Positions 38,856 to 50,140 are shown, counted from the stretch's first letter. The stretch: 64,000 nucleotides of DNA from Candidatus Asgardarchaeum abyssi (GCA_040225955.1 JBECUL010000007.1:1-64000), one strand, 5' to 3'. Numbers and translations: made by a program. Notes: a model not told the origin generated them from the letters alone.

Positions 38856-41800
38856 ATGTTTAAACCAGTAAAGCCTACTGTAGATTTTCCAAAACTTGAG
38901 GAAGAAGTTCTAAAACTATGGAAAAAGATAAGGGCCTTTGAAAAACAACTAGAGTTACGAAAAAATGCACCAAAATTTGTTTTTCTAGAAGGACCACCTA
39001 CAGCAAATGGTTTACCTCATCCAGGCCACGTATTAACCAGAACTGTAAAAGATTTAGTTTGTCGTTTCAAAGCAATGGATGGCTACTTTGTACCAAGAAA
39101 AGCCGGCTGGGATACCCACGGACTCCCTGTAGAGATAGAAGTAGAGAAAATGTTAGGAATAAACAGCAAGAAAGAAATTGAAGATTTTGGAATTGAGAAA
39201 TTTAACAAACTTTGTAAGGAAAGTGTCTTCAAATATGAGAAAGCATGGGTTAACATGACTGAACGACTTGGGTTCTGGATTGACATGGAGCATCCTTATA
39301 TAACACTCGACAATGACTATATTGAAAGTGTTTGGTGGAGCTTAAAAACATTATATGAAAAAGGTCTTCTGTATAGGGGATATAAAATAGTATGGTATTG
39401 TCCTCGTTGCGGGACCCCTCTGAGTAGCCATGAAGTATCTTTAGGATACAAATCTGTAAAAGACCCATCACTTTATGTTAAGTTTAAAGTAAAAGGAGAA
39501 GACAATACATACTTTCTAGCTTGGACTACTACTCCATGGACTTTATTATCCAACGTGGCTCTTGCAGTCCATCCAGAGCTTGATTATGTTTTAATTCAGC
39601 AAGGAAATGATAAATACATATTGGCAAAAGAACTGGTTGAGGAGGTCATAGAAGGAGACTATAAAATACTGAAAACTTTCAAAGGTAGAGAATTAGAGAG
39701 AAAAGAGTATGAGCCGTTGTTTAAATATGTAGAACTTGATGCGCCTGCATATTATGTGGTATTGGCTGATTTTGTAACAGTAGAAGAAGGCACTGGGATT
39801 GTTCATATAGCTCCTGCATATGGTCAAGAGGACTATGAGGTTGGTAAGGAATATGGTTTACCAATCTTGCAACTAGTTAGAGAGGATGGTATAGTCAAGG
39901 ATGAAGCTGTTGACTTCAAAGGATTGTTCTTTAAAGAAGCCGACAAACTTATCATAAAAGATCTTGAGAAAAGAGGTATGCTCTATAAGAAGGGTCTTTA
40001 TGAACACGATTATCCGTTTTGCTGGCGGTGTGAAACACCATTAATTAACTATGCCAGAAAGGCTTGGTTCATTGAAATGTCTAAGCTGAAAGAAGATTTA
40101 TTGAAAAATAATGAGCTAATAAATTGGGTTCCTGAAAATATAAAATATGGGCGTTTTGGCAATTTTCTTGAAAATGTAGTCGACTGGGCTCTTAGTAGAG
40201 AGAGATACTGGGGTACACCTTTACCAATATGGACTTGTGAGAAATGCGGACATATACAAGTAATTGGCAGTAGACAAGAGATAAAAAGCATGGCATTAAA
40301 TGATGTGGATTTGAGTGATTTGCATAAACCTTACATAGATAAAGTGAAGCTTAAATGTCCAAAATGTGGAGGAACTATGAATAGAGTACCTGATGTTATA
40401 GACGTGTGGTATGATTCAGGAGCGGCTCCATTTGCTCAACATCATTATCCGTTTGAAGGTAAGGAAAGATTTGAAGAGGAATTTCCTGTAGACTTTATAA
40501 GCGAAGCTGTGGATCAAACAAGAGGTTGGTTTTACAGCTTACTAGCGATATCTACAGCTCTTTTCAATAAACCTGCGTACAAGAATGTTGTTGTTTTGGG
40601 TCTAATTCTTGATAAATATGGGCGAAAGATGAGTAAAAGTAAAGGAAATGTTATAGATCCATGGGAATTCTTCAAAAGAGATGGTGCGGATAGTCTTCGC
40701 TGGTATCTTTTAACCAATAGTGCTCCATGGGAGCCCATGCGATTTATACCTGAGGTTGTTTCAGAAATTCGTAATCGTTTCATAGGCACGCTTTGGAATA
40801 CATATACTTTCTTTGTGACCTATGCAAATATAGATAACTTTAATCCGATGGAGTTTTCATTGCCCTATGAAAAAAGAAGTGAGCTCGATAGGTGGCTAAT
40901 ATCGCGGTTAAATTCAGTTATACAAGAAGTGAGAAATTATCTAAATTCTTATGAGTTACATAAGGCTGGGAGAGCGATCGAACACTTTGTTGTTGACGAG
41001 TTAAGTAATTGGTATGTCAGAAGATCAAGAAGAAGATTCTGGGAGGAAGAATTAACAGAAGATAAAATATCTGCTTACTTAACTTTATATGAAACTCTTG
41101 TAACAGTTATCAAATTATTAGCTCCATTCATTCCATTTGTAACCGAAGCAATATACCAAAATCTAGTAAGGACTGTTGATAAAAGTGCTCCTGAAAGCAT
41201 ACATCATACAGATTATCCGAAGCCTAATGAAAAAATGATAGATAAAGAGCTTGAAGAGAGAATGAATCTTGCAATAACTGTGGTTGAAGCGGGCAGAGCT
41301 GCCAGATTTCTAGCAAAAATAAAAGCTAGACAACCCCTCTATACATTATACGTTAAGTTTCCATCTAAGGAAGATCAAAAGAAGGTTGAAACTTTACTTG
41401 ATGTAATCAAGGAAGAGCTTAATGTAAAGGAGATAAAATTTGCAGATGATCTATCAGAATTTATTGAGGTAACAGTTAAATTGAACTATAAAAAGGTAGG
41501 GCCGAAGTTTAAAGAACTCGTTAAGGTATTAGAGAAGAAGATTTCAAGTATGCGCCCTGAAGATGTTGAAAAGCATATAATGAAAGATGGAGAACTTAAA
41601 TTAACTATAGATACACAAGAAGTAACTCTGACAGCCGAAGATTTGGATATCCGTAAATTACCAAAAGAGGGCTACTCATACTCCTCGAAGGGCAAAGTGG
41701 AAGTAGTTCTTGATACAAAAATAGATGAGGCATTACTTCTTGAAGGTCTATCACGCGATATTGTTAGACGGATACAAGAAATGAGAAAACAGTTAGATCT

Positions 41801-41993
41801 TCAATATACGCAACAAATAGACGTCTATTACGATGGGGACCCACTAATAGAGGAGACAATAAACAAATTCATGGAGTATATCAAAGGCGAAACCCTAGCA
41901 AGGATAGTCTCAAAAGGAATACAAAATAAGGGACTGGTAAAAGAATGGAACATTGAAAAACTAAAAGTAAAGCTTGAGATAGTTCCTCAATAA
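38856..41993 (+). CDS. ileS: Isoleucyl-tRNA synthetase
   Basis: EGPPTANG, HPGH, GWDTHGLP, WTTTPWT, DWALSRERYWGTP, KMSKS. Confidence 0.97.
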   Translation: MFKPVKPTVDFPKLEEEVLKLWKKIRAFEKQLELRKNAPKFVFLEGPPTANGLPHPGHVLTRTVKDLVCRFKAMDGYFVPRKAGWDTHGLPVEIEVEKMLGINSKKEIEDFGIEKFNKLCKESVFKYEKAWVNMTERLGFWIDMEHPYITLDNDYIESVWWSLKTLYEKGLLYRGYKIVWYCPRCGTPLSSHEVSLGYKSVKDPSLYVKFKVKGEDNTYFLAWTTTPWTLLSNVALAVHPELDYVLIQQGNDKYILAKELVEEVIEGDYKILKTFKGRELERKEYEPLFKYVELDAPAYYVVLADFVTVEEGTGIVHIAPAYGQEDYEVGKEYGLPILQLVREDGIVKDEAVDFKGLFFKEADKLIIKDLEKRGMLYKKGLYEHDYPFCWRCETPLINYARKAWFIEMSKLKEDLLKNNELINWVPENIKYGRFGNFLENVVDWALSRERYWGTPLPIWTCEKCGHIQVIGSRQEIKSMALNDVDLSDLHKPYIDKVKLKCPKCGGTMNRVPDVIDVWYDSGAAPFAQHHYPFEGKERFEEEFPVDFISEAVDQTRGWFYSLLAISTALFNKPAYKNVVVLGLILDKYGRKMSKSKGNVIDPWEFFKRDGADSLRWYLLTNSAPWEPMRFIPEVVSEIRNRFIGTLWNTYTFFVTYANIDNFNPMEFSLPYEKRSELDRWLISRLNSVIQEVRNYLNSYELHKAGRAIEHFVVDELSNWYVRRSRRRFWEEELTEDKISAYLTLYETLVTVIKLLAPFIPFVTEAIYQNLVRTVDKSAPESIHHTDYPKPNEKMIDKELEERMNLAITVVEAGRAARFLAKIKARQPLYTLYVKFPSKEDQKKVETLLDVIKEELNVKEIKFADDLSEFIEVTVKLNYKKVGPKFKELVKVLEKKISSMRPEDVEKHIMKDGELKLTIDTQEVTLTAEDLDIRKLPKEGYSYSSKGKVEVVLDTKIDEALLLEGLSRDIVRRIQEMRKQLDLQYTQQIDVYYDGDPLIEETINKFMEYIKGETLARIVSKGIQNKGLVKEWNIEKLKVKLEIVPQ

Positions 41994-42002
41994 TTTTTTC
42001 TA

Positions 42003-42482
42003 TCATACTATAATTTTTGTCATTATTTCTCCAGTTGAATTCAAAACATAATTGTGTTTCTTAAAGAAATGAATAGAACTATTAGAAATTGCGTAGAGTC
42101 TTAATTCTTTTATTCCTTTTAACATTAAGTATTCTTCTACATCCTTTAAAAGTATTGCCCCGTACCCTCTGCCTCTAAAATCTTTTCTAATATAGATGTT
42201 GGTAATGATCGCGGTTACTTTAGAAATAATGTGATATGTTATAAAACCAATAATTTTTTCTTTTTGCAAAAGAATTGTTACCCCACTATTAGAATCTGCT
42301 AAGTTCTTGATTACATTCTTAATCTTATTAATTGTAATATTAACCTCCCCATTGCTATTCTTAACATGATATCTCTTCTGTATAGTAGTTTCATTTTCGA
42401 TCATGTACTCTAACCAAATTTCACTCAACGCTTGTAATAATTTCTCATCTCTGATCATGTGTGAAAATCTGATAATTTTCAT
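42003..42482 (-). CDS. GNAT-family acetyltransferase
   Basis: IYIRKDFRGRGYG acetyl-CoA motif; FFKKHNY. Confidence 0.82.
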   Translation of the reverse strand: MKIIRFSHMIRDEKLLQALSEIWLEYMIENETTIQKRYHVKNSNGEVNITINKIKNVIKNLADSNSGVTILLQKEKIIGFITYHIISKVTAIITNIYIRKDFRGRGYGAILLKDVEEYLMLKGIKELRLYAISNSSIHFFKKHNYVLNSTGEIMTKIIV

Positions 42483-42606
42483 TTTATATCACCTCTCCAA
42501 GACATACGGTTACTCTTAAATACTTTTTGTTTTGATTTATCCATAGATAATTGTAATATAATGCAGAACATCATTTTGTCATTTCAATTAATTATGCGCA
42601 TATGAG

Positions 42607-43956
42607 GTGATCTTTTTGAGTGACGAGCTTGGATATTTTGGTAAAGTAGGTGAATTATTAAACCGTTTGTCTATTAAGATTGGTGATAAAGTTTTAGTTG
42701 AAAGGATCGATGGTTTAAAAATCGAGGGTATTGTATTACCTCGTGGGGAAATTGGTTTAGATGATAAATACCTTCTAATTAAACTAAAAAATGGTTATAA
42801 TATGGGTATTCATGTTGATAATATAAAAAGTATTAAAAAATTAGGAATCTCTGTAAAGGTAGAACCAAAACCACCTGAAGTTCCAATTATTACAAAAAAG
42901 GAATTACCAAAAGTAGCTATATTAACAACGGGGGGTACTATTGCAAGCCGAGTTGATTATCATAGCGGCGCTGTTTATCCAGCTTATGATGCTCGAGATT
43001 TGTATAATATAGTCCCAGAATTAGGTGAATTGGCTGAATTAGATGCTAAGTTATTGTTTTCAGTTTTTAGTGAAAATATTACAGCTAAACATTGGATAAC
43101 GATGGTAAATGAGATAAAAGAGTATATTAAAAGGGGGTTTGATGGGATAGTTATAACTCATGGTACTGATACTATGGGATATACAGCAGCTGCATTAAGT
43201 TTCGCGTTAAGGAATTTACCAGTTACTATAGCTCTTGTTGGAGCTCAAAGAAGTAGTGATAGGCCGAGCAGCGATGCAGCATTGAATTTAAAAAGCGCAG
43301 TACTAGTTGCAGGGCGGGCACCATTCGCTTACGTCACTGTTGTTATGCATGCTACTAGTGAGGACAAATATTGTTATGTTCATTTAGGTACAAAAGTTAG
43401 AAAAAATCATACCAGTAGAAGAGATGCTTTTCAGTCTGTAAATGTCTCTCCGATTGCTAGAACTGATAGCAAAAGTATTGAAGTGTTGTGGAGGGATTTT
43501 ATTCCTAGAGATAAGTCTCGAGAATTAGAAGTTGTTGCAAAGTTTGATGAAAAAGTAGCACTTATAAAAACTTATCCTAGCTTTAATCCTGAAATAATTG
43601 ATTATCTTATAGATAAAGGCTATCATGGTATAGTTCTAGAGGGGACTGGATTAGGACACGCTCCAACTGTAATTTATGATAGCCTTAGGCGAGCTAAAAA
43701 AGAAAACATTCCTGTAGTTATGACAAGTCAGTGTATTTGGGGACGAATAAACATGAACGTTTATAGAACTGGTCGAGAATTACAAGCTCTTGGCGTAATT
43801 CCTGGTGAGGATATGCTTCCCGAAACAGCTTATGTGAAATTGATGTGGGTATTGGGCCAAACTAGAGATTATGATGAAGTTAGAAAACTTATGTTAATGA
43901 ATATAGCTGGTGAGATAACAGATCAGACGCTCTATAATGAATATTCTAATAGGTGA
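42607..43956 (+). CDS. gatD: Glu-tRNA(Gln) amidotransferase subunit D
   Basis: KLKNGYNMG, TGGTIAS, HGTDT, GAQRSSDRPSSD. Confidence 0.96.
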   Translation: MIFLSDELGYFGKVGELLNRLSIKIGDKVLVERIDGLKIEGIVLPRGEIGLDDKYLLIKLKNGYNMGIHVDNIKSIKKLGISVKVEPKPPEVPIITKKELPKVAILTTGGTIASRVDYHSGAVYPAYDARDLYNIVPELGELAELDAKLLFSVFSENITAKHWITMVNEIKEYIKRGFDGIVITHGTDTMGYTAAALSFALRNLPVTIALVGAQRSSDRPSSDAALNLKSAVLVAGRAPFAYVTVVMHATSEDKYCYVHLGTKVRKNHTSRRDAFQSVNVSPIARTDSKSIEVLWRDFIPRDKSRELEVVAKFDEKVALIKTYPSFNPEIIDYLIDKGYHGIVLEGTGLGHAPTVIYDSLRRAKKENIPVVMTSQCIWGRINMNVYRTGRELQALGVIPGEDMLPETAYVKLMWVLGQTRDYDEVRKLMLMNIAGEITDQTLYNEYSNR

Positions 43957-45884
43957 TAATCATGGATAAAATAAATATTGACTATGATAAAATAGGCTTA
44001 AAAGTTGGCTTAGAAATACATCAACAGCTTAATACCACCTGTAAGCTTTTCTGCGCATGCCCTACGATACTAAGAGAAGATGATCCACATTTTAAGATTA
44101 TAAGAGAATTAAGACCAACTCAGAGTGAGCTTGGTGAGATAGACCCAGCTGCACGTTTTGAGTATGAGAAAGGGAAAAAATACGTGTATGAGGGATACAA
44201 TGATACTGTGTGTCTTGTTGAGTTAGATGAAGAGCCCCCACATCCTTTAAATAGAGAAGCCATAGAAATTGCATTAACTGTTGCAATGTTATTAAATTCA
44301 AATATAGTTGATGAAATTCATGTTATGAGAAAGATAGTTATTGATGGTTCTAATACTGCAGGTTTTCAGAGAACATCAATAATCGCACTAGGGGGCTATG
44401 TAGAGGATTTAGAAACTGGGAAGAAAATTGGTATTCAAACGATATGTTTGGAGGAAGACGCGGCTAGGAAAATCTCAGAAGACGATAAATTTGTGACTTA
44501 TCGTCTTGATAGATTGGGTATACCATTAATAGAAATTGCTACTGCACCTGATATAAACTCTCCAGATGAAGCACGTAGGATTGCACTTAGAATAGGTCAA
44601 ATTCTTCGTGCAACAAAGAAAGTTAAACGTGGATTAGGCACAATTAGACAAGATCTAAATGTGTCTATTAAAGACGGTGCTATAATTGAAATAAAAGGTG
44701 TACAAAAGCTAGAACTAATCGATAAGATCGTAAAATATGAGGCATTGCGTCAGATAAGGTTATTGGAATTAAAGAAAAAACTTATAGAAAGAAACGCGGA
44801 TTCTGATAAATTAACGTATGATTTCAAGGTGTTGAATGAGATATTCCACGATACGAAATCAAAAATTTTAAGGCGAGCACTAGATAAGGGACAAGTAATT
44901 CTTGGTGTTAAACTGCCAAAATTTGGTGGGCTTCTTGGTTATGAATTACAACCAAATAGACGATTTGGTACAGAGCTTGCTGATTATGTCAAATTTTGGG
45001 CTGGACTCAAAGGTATCTTTCATACAGATGAACTACCAAATTATGGTATAACACAAACAGAAGTTGAAAAATTAAGACAATTTTTCACAGCTAATGATGA
45101 GGATGCTATTGTAATTGTTGCAGGCCCAAAAGAAAAGACAGAACAAGCACTTAAGGTTGTAGTGGATCGTTGTAAAGAAGCATTTAAAGGGGTTCCAGAG
45201 GAAACGAGAGCTGCAAATCCTGATGGAACAACGCATTATTCTCGCCCTCGACCTGGTGCAGCTAGAATGTATCCCGAAACTGATATACCTCCAGTAAAGG
45301 TTACTAAGGATTGGCTTACAAGGATTAAAGAAAATCTTCCTGAACTTCCAGAGAAAAAATTAGATCGTTTTATAAAAGAGTATAAGCTTAGTGAGCAGCT
45401 AGCAATGAGTTTAGTTAAGTCTTTAAATGTTGATTTATTTGAATATATTGTTTCCACAATCAAAGTCCCCCCAGTTTTAGTAGCGACAACTTTAGAAAAT
45501 ACATTAAAGAGTTTGAAAAGAGATGGAGTGCCTGTTGAAAATATAAGTGAAGAGAAAATAATTGAAATGTTTAAATTAATAGCTGATGGAAAAATCGTAA
45601 AAGAGGCGATTCCTCAAGTTTTATCATGGATAGCTAAAAATCCAGATAAGGACGTTAACTTAGCAATTACTGCATTGGGTCTAAGTCAGATGACAGATGA
45701 AGAAATAATTTCACTAATAGATAAAACGATTAAGGAGAATATCGATTACATCAAAGAACGTGGGGAGAGGGCAATGGGGAAACTAATGGGTGAACTGATG
45801 CGCATTATACGTGGCCGGGCTGATGGAAAAAGAGTCAGTATCTTACTTAAAGAAAGGTTAGCTAAATACTTAACCTCTCAATAG
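43953..45884 (+). CDS. gatE: Glu-tRNA(Gln) amidotransferase subunit E
   Basis: GLEIHQQL, DGSNTAGFQRT, LDRLGIPLIEI, GTIRQD, RMYPETD. Confidence 0.97.
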   Translation: MIIMDKINIDYDKIGLKVGLEIHQQLNTTCKLFCACPTILREDDPHFKIIRELRPTQSELGEIDPAARFEYEKGKKYVYEGYNDTVCLVELDEEPPHPLNREAIEIALTVAMLLNSNIVDEIHVMRKIVIDGSNTAGFQRTSIIALGGYVEDLETGKKIGIQTICLEEDAARKISEDDKFVTYRLDRLGIPLIEIATAPDINSPDEARRIALRIGQILRATKKVKRGLGTIRQDLNVSIKDGAIIEIKGVQKLELIDKIVKYEALRQIRLLELKKKLIERNADSDKLTYDFKVLNEIFHDTKSKILRRALDKGQVILGVKLPKFGGLLGYELQPNRRFGTELADYVKFWAGLKGIFHTDELPNYGITQTEVEKLRQFFTANDEDAIVIVAGPKEKTEQALKVVVDRCKEAFKGVPEETRAANPDGTTHYSRPRPGAARMYPETDIPPVKVTKDWLTRIKENLPELPEKKLDRFIKEYKLSEQLAMSLVKSLNVDLFEYIVSTIKVPPVLVATTLENTLKSLKRDGVPVENISEEKIIEMFKLIADGKIVKEAIPQVLSWIAKNPDKDVNLAITALGLSQMTDEEIISLIDKTIKENIDYIKERGERAMGKLMGELMRIIRGRADGKRVSILLKERLAKYLTSQ

Positions 45885-46385
45885 CTTATCATACACTTTT
45901 CTTAAAACTTTAATTACCTTATTGTGATTCTTTCTTAAAAAATCCAATCTTTCCTTATCATTCACACTTTTTAAAAATGTTAAAAGAGTTTCTCTTTCAT
46001 CAGATTCAAGGTTTACGAATTTTATACCCAAGCTTGCTAAGTGCATGAGCTCATCTAATATTACTCCAAAATTGATGATCCTATCAACCCTAAAATGTAT
46101 AATATAGACATCATCATCCTCCGATAACTCTGGATAGTACTTTTTTAAAGCTTTTTTGAGGGACTTTATACTCTCAAATCCATCACTTTGGGCATGTCTG
46201 TCTGTTAGTTTTCTCATAGTAACTAATTCTATATCAGTAACATGAGCTTCAGCAAAAGCGTCATCATTTACAGTTAACATTACTTTTTCTCCTACTTCTG
46301 CTTTGCGTTTATTCCTGATTGTAGTTTGTTTTATTCCTAATGCAATGAGTAAAGCATATCTTTTATCAAAGTTAATTCTTTTCAT
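45870..46385 (-). CDS. ASCH-domain protein (YqfB-like motif) with helical C-tail
   Basis: MKRINF...GIKQTTIR...LTDRHAQSDGF...IHF. Start moved to ATG 46385, overlapping the tmcA 3' end. Confidence 0.82.
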   Translation of the reverse strand: MKRINFDKRYALLIALGIKQTTIRNKRKAEVGEKVMLTVNDDAFAEAHVTDIELVTMRKLTDRHAQSDGFESIKSLKKALKKYYPELSEDDDVYIIHFRVDRIINFGVILDELMHLASLGIKFVNLESDERETLLTFLKSVNDKERLDFLRKNHNKVIKVLRKVYDKLLRG

Positions 46386-48879
46386 CTCTTTTCTCTTCCT
46401 CTTTTCCTTTTTCTGTAATTGAAGCTGGCTTTGCTCTCTTGTATCTAACTCCGATTTTTTCCCAAACTTCAACTGTTGTATAGAATTTTAATAGACTACG
46501 TGTAATATGCATTAGTTCAATAAGACACCATTTTACACTTGTATTAAGAATGTCACTTACATATCTCCAATCTCGAGCTTGGAAAAGTTTAGATATAGCT
46601 AAAGCTTTTTGTTTAATATTTAACTTGGGTTTTTCAGGACTATTGTCTAGAAAATACATTTTGAAAAGTTCTCTTAGGGCATCACTTGTTGCCTCATATG
46701 TCATTAACTCTAATGCATATCCATGAAGGCGCTCCCATTGAATAATCGAAAGTTTTGGGGGTTGTATGGGAAATCTCTTACTATTATCCCATGGATATAA
46801 TAACATAGCTGCAATACTAGGGCTCATATCTCTAAGTTGCTCATATAGCCATCCCATCATTTTTATTCTCAATTCGTTATTTGCATCTATCACGAACTTT
46901 GAAGCGCGTTTAGTTAGCGGTTTTATTACAACAACGCTATATTCACCAGAAATAGGATTTCTATCAGGAGATATATGAACTGGGATAAACCCATTTTTCA
47001 TCCAAAATCGAAGTAACTCCTCATTTGCACCAAATACAGCACCTATATAATGATATCCTCTCTCTCGTGCGATTCTTATTAGCTCTTTTAGCGCTTGACT
47101 CCCTAGTCCCCGTCTCATAACTTCTGGATGTGTTGCAATTCTAACAATTCTTAAACCCTTAAGATATCCAAACTTAGGACATCGCTGGTGAATTATCATG
47201 GCATGTGGAATTATTTGTCCATGAAAATCTTTTCTTTCTTTATATATCGCATTTATTATATCATCAGGAAGAGAACCCTCAATTGCAACTTGTATTGCAA
47301 CAACAATTTTACCAGTTGATAAGTGTAGAGCAAATGCACGATGATGTGGGGCATCTGCTAAAATAAGTACATCTCTTGGTCTATTTCGATAGTGAGCATA
47401 GACATAGATTCCAATAAAGTTCTTTGCTTCATTTTCATTTTTTCCAGTAAACCAGGAATCTAAATCTTTTTCTTCAAGATATGTTTGAAGCTTTGAAATG
47501 GCCTCCATATCTTTTTCATCTAAGCTAGTAGGTTCTGCATCTAAGAATAATGTATCAAAAAGCCAAGCTTCTATTGGATCTTCTGAAGCATATCTTATAG
47601 GTTCTTCAAGTGTATATGTTATAAACTCTACATCTTTTATGGTTTCAAGTTTTTTCATAAACCTGATAGAAAATCCTCTTCCAGCTCCCTCATATCCATG
47701 AATTGTTGATGAGTATATAATTCTTCTATGTTTCTTAAGGATGGAATAAAGAATATATACAGGAATTCCAGCCGCTTCATCAACTACAACCACGTCTACA
47801 TTACTTTGTAGCGAAGCATAAAGCGGTGAAACGTACTTAAGAAAGCCATAACTACTGTCAACAAAAATCAACTCTCCGTCATTATTTTTTTCGATTTTTA
47901 TATTGGGTATATTAAGATATTCTAAGGCTTTAACATAAAACTCAAATAATGGTTGAACATTGCTGGGTTCAGGTGATGTTACAATCAAAGAAATTCTTCT
48001 TTCTATTTCGGAGTGCAAAACGTATAGAATACCTGCTAGTGCGAGGCCTAATAAAACAGACTTCCCTCTTCCTCTATCTGCAGTAATTATAACGATCCGT
48101 TTCTTATCACTCTTATCACTTAGGATGTATTCACATTTGTTTATGGCAATAACTTGATCTCTTGTGATCGCTAAGTTATAAATATCAATAGGAAGAATAT
48201 GATTTTTCGGAGGCTCTGGTTTTTCATATACAAATTCTATTTCGTCATGCGTTTTTTCCTCTTTAAGAAATGATTCATTATCCGTATCAAAGATAGTTAT
48301 CCCTTCATGTTCAAATAGTTTTTTTATGAATCTGAGTAAATACCTATGTTTAACATCTTGAAGTGTAAAAGGTGGGCTAACAATTACTTTATGCAACCCT
48401 AAAGTTTTATTTGACCATTCAGATAAGTTTGGTGTTATGAAAACTATAAGCCCTCCTCCTCTGACAGTTTCAACTAACCTTCCCAAATCGTCAGGATGCA
48501 AATTATTTGACAAGTCCAGAATTAAAAAGTCAAAGGTCCTCCCCATCAACTTCTGTGATGAGTAAAAATCATACACTTTTAAAGAAAGAGTCGCCTTTGT
48601 TTCATCATTACACTCCTTAATAATATCTTTAATCATCTTGCCTCGTTTTTCAACATCTTCTCTAGTCAATACAAAGATTCCTAATGCGGATGGATTTTTT
48701 CTCGCGAAAACTTTTAATGTTTCTCTTAGATAGGCAATTATTCTTTTAAAATCATTTCCTGAAAGGACTAATAGTCTTCTATGATGCTTTTTTTTCGCTG
48801 CGGACAAACACATATCCAGTTTCTCTGAAAAAGACTTTAATACCGTGCTGTTTACAGGGCTAGCGTTTGACGTGTTCAT
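46372..48879 (-). CDS. tmcA: RNA cytidine acetyltransferase TmcA/NAT10
   Basis: HRRLLV, ETVRGGG, ADRGRGKS, DEAA, STIHGYEGAGRGF, AHYRNRP, RIVRIATHP, GLGS. Confidence 0.94.
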   Translation of the reverse strand: MNTSNASPVNSTVLKSFSEKLDMCLSAAKKKHHRRLLVLSGNDFKRIIAYLRETLKVFARKNPSALGIFVLTREDVEKRGKMIKDIIKECNDETKATLSLKVYDFYSSQKLMGRTFDFLILDLSNNLHPDDLGRLVETVRGGGLIVFITPNLSEWSNKTLGLHKVIVSPPFTLQDVKHRYLLRFIKKLFEHEGITIFDTDNESFLKEEKTHDEIEFVYEKPEPPKNHILPIDIYNLAITRDQVIAINKCEYILSDKSDKKRIVIITADRGRGKSVLLGLALAGILYVLHSEIERRISLIVTSPEPSNVQPLFEFYVKALEYLNIPNIKIEKNNDGELIFVDSSYGFLKYVSPLYASLQSNVDVVVVDEAAGIPVYILYSILKKHRRIIYSSTIHGYEGAGRGFSIRFMKKLETIKDVEFITYTLEEPIRYASEDPIEAWLFDTLFLDAEPTSLDEKDMEAISKLQTYLEEKDLDSWFTGKNENEAKNFIGIYVYAHYRNRPRDVLILADAPHHRAFALHLSTGKIVVAIQVAIEGSLPDDIINAIYKERKDFHGQIIPHAMIIHQRCPKFGYLKGLRIVRIATHPEVMRRGLGSQALKELIRIARERGYHYIGAVFGANEELLRFWMKNGFIPVHISPDRNPISGEYSVVVIKPLTKRASKFVIDANNELRIKMMGWLYEQLRDMSPSIAAMLLYPWDNSKRFPIQPPKLSIIQWERLHGYALELMTYEATSDALRELFKMYFLDNSPEKPKLNIKQKALAISKLFQARDWRYVSDILNTSVKWCLIELMHITRSLLKFYTTVEVWEKIGVRYKRAKPASITEKGKEEEKRDEKN

Positions 48880-48974
48880 GAAATCACCTTATTCTTTTCT
48901 TTTTTAGGATTTCTATTATTGATATAAAAAGATTTATTTAATCGTTTTAGAATTTTTAACAACAAAAAAACAAG

Positions 48975-49706
48975 GTGAAGATGATGATACCTCAAGAATC
49001 ACTTGGTTACGATAGAGCAATAACTATTTTTGCACCAGATGGTAGATTATATCAAGTAGAATATGCTAACGAAGCAGTTAAAAGAGGGACCCCTGCTGTT
49101 GGTGTAAAGGTTCGAGACGGCGTGATTCTTGCAGCCCTTAAAAAAGCATCTAGCAAGTTAGAGGATGTTAGATATCTTCATAAAATTTATAGAGTGGATG
49201 AACACATAGGTGCCGCTATTTCTGGTTTACACGCTGATGGCCGTAGGTTAATTGATTATGCCCGTGTTGTTGCTCAGTGGCATCGTCTAAATTATGATGA
49301 TCCTATTCCTATAAAGATGTTAACTAAATATATTGGTGATTTAGAACAATATTATACTCAACATGCATTTGCTAGGCCGTTTGGTGTAGCGTTGATCATT
49401 GCAGGTGTTGATACTCAACCACAATTATATTCAACTGGCGCAAGTGGTAGCTATTGGGGCTGGAAAGCAACAGTTATAGGTTCTGGTTCCGATGTAGCTC
49501 AAGATTATCTAGAAAAACACTATAAAGCAGATTTAACATTATCAGATGCTATTATCCTAGCTCTTTCGGCTTTAAGTAAAGCAGCTCGTGAAGCGTTAGA
49601 TCCTCTATATGTTGATGTTGCTATTGTCACAACTGAAAAGAAGGTTTACGAGGAAATTCCAAAGGAAAAAATCAAGGAATATATATCAAAATTGCCTAAA
49701 GAATAA
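48975..49706 (+). CDS. psmA: Proteasome alpha subunit
   Basis: GYDRAITIFAPDGRLYQVEYA, RPFGVAL. Confidence 0.96.
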   Translation: MKMMIPQESLGYDRAITIFAPDGRLYQVEYANEAVKRGTPAVGVKVRDGVILAALKKASSKLEDVRYLHKIYRVDEHIGAAISGLHADGRRLIDYARVVAQWHRLNYDDPIPIKMLTKYIGDLEQYYTQHAFARPFGVALIIAGVDTQPQLYSTGASGSYWGWKATVIGSGSDVAQDYLEKHYKADLTLSDAIILALSALSKAAREALDPLYVDVAIVTTEKKVYEEIPKEKIKEYISKLPKE

Positions 49707-49708
49707 AT

Positions 49709-50140
49709 CTAACCATTTTCTTCTAAATATGTTTTCAAAAGCAACTTTAAAGATTTGGTTATTCTCATAAAATTAATTGGTGGCTGAAATCCGCCTATTA
49801 GTTCTCTGATATCTTTTAGTAAAATTTTATTTTTATACTCCTTAGGATCTTTTATTTCTATTGCATATCCATATCTATATCCCTGAAAATAAGTTAAGAA
49901 TTCTTCTTTAGTAATACCTCCATCATCTTTTACTAATTTCCAAAGTTCATTTTTCGGAAGGTAAAGTACCTTACCTACTCTAAATTCACCAACTATTGCT
50001 TTGGTTCTTCCAGACACGTACATTACTATCCTTGTTTTAGGAGGCATGTATGGAACTTTCTTCCTAAGTTCATACTTCTTTTCTCCCTTTAGTATTAGTT
50101 TTGCGTATTTTGGTTTTATTGACATTAAGTATTCTGGCAT
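49709..50140 (-). CDS. ASCH/PUA-like domain protein (COG4933-like)
   Basis: LMSIKPKYA..IL.GEKKYELRK, IVGEF, GITKEEF..YF, PPINF. Confidence 0.82.
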   Translation of the reverse strand: MPEYLMSIKPKYAKLILKGEKKYELRKKVPYMPPKTRIVMYVSGRTKAIVGEFRVGKVLYLPKNELWKLVKDDGGITKEEFLTYFQGYRYGYAIEIKDPKEYKNKILLKDIRELIGGFQPPINFMRITKSLKLLLKTYLEENG

